From assembly GCF_963921235.1 (NCBI RefSeq), contig NC_086101.1, positions 2,358,001-2,422,000 of the forward strand: a stretch of 64,000 nt of DNA, read 5' to 3'. The notes under the pieces are model-generated. The model made no database searches, was not told where the DNA came from, and saw only the letters and a program-made list of their open reading frames with translations. The stretch's first letter is position 1. Every line of letters begins with the position of its first letter. The position numbers and the translations under genes were made by a program. The DNA is from Mobula hypostoma (lineage: Eukaryota). Of this stretch, positions 61,881 through 64,000 are shown in pieces.

Positions 61881-63234
61881 GGATAGGATGGGACAGAGAA
61901 ATCAGACTGCGAGTACTGGGACCGGGGCAGACACAGAGGAGGATGGAATGGGACAGGGAAATCAGACTGCGAGTACTGGGGCCGGGGTAGACACAGAGGA
62001 GGATGGAATGGGACAGGGAAATCAGACTGCGAGTACTGGGGCCGGGGCAGACACAGAGGAGGATGGAATGGGACAGGGAAATCAGACTGCGAGTACTGGG
62101 ACCGGGGCAGACACAGAGGAGGATGGAATGGGACAGGGAAATCAGACTGCGAGTACTGGGACCGGGGCAGACACAGAGGAGGATGGAATGGGACAGAGAA
62201 ATCAGACTGCGAGTACTGGGGCCGGGGCAGACACAGAGGAGGATAGGATGGGACAGGGAAATCAGACTGCGAGTACTGGGACCGGGGCAGACACAGAGGA
62301 GGATGGAATGGGACAGGGAAATCAGACTGCGAGTACTGGGGCCGGGGCAGACACAGAGGAGGATGGAATGGGACAGGGAAATCAGACTGCGAGTACTGGG
62401 ACCGGGGCAGACACAGAGGAGGATGGAATGGGACAGGGAAATCAGACTGCGAGTACTGGGGCCGGGGCAGACACAGAGGAGGATGGAATGGGACAGGGAA
62501 ATCAGACTGCGAGTACTGGGGCCGGGGCAGACACAGAGGAGGATAGGATGGGACAGGGAAATCAGACTGCGAGTACTGGGACCGGGGCAGACACAGAGGA
62601 GGATGGAATGGGACAGAGTAATCAGACTGCGAGTACTGGGACCGGGGCAGACACAGAGGAGGATGGAATGGGACAGGGAAATCAGACTGCGAGTACTGGG
62701 ACCGGGGCAGACACAGAGGAGGATGGAATGGGACAGGGAAATCAGACTGCGCGTACTGGGGCCGGGGCAGACACAGAGGAGGATGGAATGGGACAGAGAA
62801 ATCAGACTGCGAGTACTGGGGCCGGGGCAGACACAGAGGAGGATAGGATGGGACAGGGAAATCAGACTGCGAGTACTGGGACCGGGGCAGACACAGAGGA
62901 GGATGGAATGGGACAGGGAAATCAGACTGCGAGTACTGGGGCCGGGGCAGACACAGAGGAGGATGGAATGGGACAGAGAAATCAGACTGCGAGTACTGGG
63001 GCCGGGGCAGACACAGAGGAGGATGGAATGGGACAGGGAAATCAGACTGCGAGTACTGGGGCTGGGGCAGACACAGAGGAGGATGGAATGGGACAGGGAA
63101 ATCAGACTGCGAGTACTGGGACCGGGGCAGACAGAGGAGGATGGAATGGGACAGGGAAATCAGACTGCGAGTACTGGGACCGGGGCAGACAGAGGAGGAT
63201 GGAATGGGACAGGGAAATCAGACTGTGAGTACTG
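61881..63234. repeat. Highly homogeneous 60-bp VNTR in PFDN6 intron (~22-23 units, the last two 58 bp)
   Basis: Unit GGATGGAATGGGACAGGGAAATCAGACTGCGAGTACTGGG(A/G)CCGGGGCAGACACAGAGGA repeats in register with the 60-nt lines. Confidence 0.98.
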
Positions 63235-63235
63235 A

Positions 63236-64000
63236 ACAGTGAAGGGAACAGACAGGAGATTCTGATGGTATGTTGCCTCCCAGGTGCCAGGATCAGGGAC
63301 GTCCACAACATTTTGGCGGAGGAGGGAGAGCAGCCAGATGTCTTGGTACACATTGGTACCAGTGACATAGGAAGGAAAAACAAAGAGGTCCTGGAAAGAG
63401 AATTTAGAGAGCGAGGTAGAAAGCTGAGAAGCAGGACCTCCCAGGTAGTAATTTCTGGGTTGCTGCCTGTGCCACGCAGCAGTGAGGGCAGAAACGGGAT
63501 GATTTGGCAGATAACTGCGTGGCTGAGAAGCTGGTGCAGGGGGCAGGGCTTCAGGTACTTGGATCATTGGGATCTCTTCTGGGGAAATATGACATGTTCA
63601 GAAATGACGAGCTGCACCTGAACCCGAGGGGAACCAATATCCTCGCGGGTAGGTTTGTTAGAGCTGTTGCGTTAGGGACTCAGGATAGGACGGATAGTAA
63701 AAAAGCAAAGATAGCCTGAAGTCAGATGACAGGCTGAGTATCAGTGCATTCGGGATGCAGAATTAAAAAGGATAGCAAATACAGTCCACAAAGTGTAATT
63801 TCTCAATCCATGGAGTATAAGAAATAAGGTGGATAATCTTGTTGCACTATTACAAATTGCCAGGTATGATGTTGTGGCCATCACTGAATCGTGGCTGAAG
63901 GATGGTTGTAGTTGGGAGCTGAATGTCCAAGGCTACACGTTATATCGGAGGGATAGGAAGGTAGACAGAGGGGGTGGTGTGGCTCTACTGGTAAAGAATG
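63236..64000 (+). mobile_element. CR1 LINE fragment (ORF1 SGNH esterase and start of ORF2 endonuclease), antisense within PFDN6 intron
   Basis: VCCLPGARIRDV...VLVHIGTSDIGRK...VISGLLPVPR; DELHLNPRGTNILAGRF; then SIRNKVD...YDVVAITESWL...YRRDR...GGGVALLVK. Confidence 0.92.

Noticed and set aside
61888..63235. 446-aa and 410-aa repeat proteins on the + strand
   Set aside because: Artefact of a 60-bp VNTR antisense within a PFDN6 intron; two frames are open and 58-bp units break the frame.

Overview
Vertebrate genomic DNA, about 90% repeats. The mix of Penelope/Neptune, CR1, Rex1/Babar, fish-type L1 and V-SINE/HE1-like elements suggests a cartilaginous fish, probably a ray (inference). The only host gene I can identify is PFDN6 (prefoldin subunit 6): its last two coding exons lie on the minus strand (61877-61753 and 61403-61283) with a poly(A) signal at 60541-60536. 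The ORF track misses it. In mammals PFDN6 is in the extended MHC class II region, so this may be MHC-linked sequence. A ~34 kb array of a 28-30 bp satellite (15342-49303) dominates the window; it has higher-order structure and a TAATCC motif in nearly every unit. There are at least six other minisatellites or G-rich tracts. Mobile elements include a 5'-intact, 3'-truncated L1, a solo LTR with a 4-bp TSD, several CR1 and Rex1 copies (some nested), and three Penelope-like loci. Two of these carry recognisable minimal hammerhead ribozymes, and one of those two is a ~290-nt fold-back insert with a 14-bp TSD. Almost all long ORFs in the track are repeat artefacts. I found no prokaryotic system or CRISPR array.
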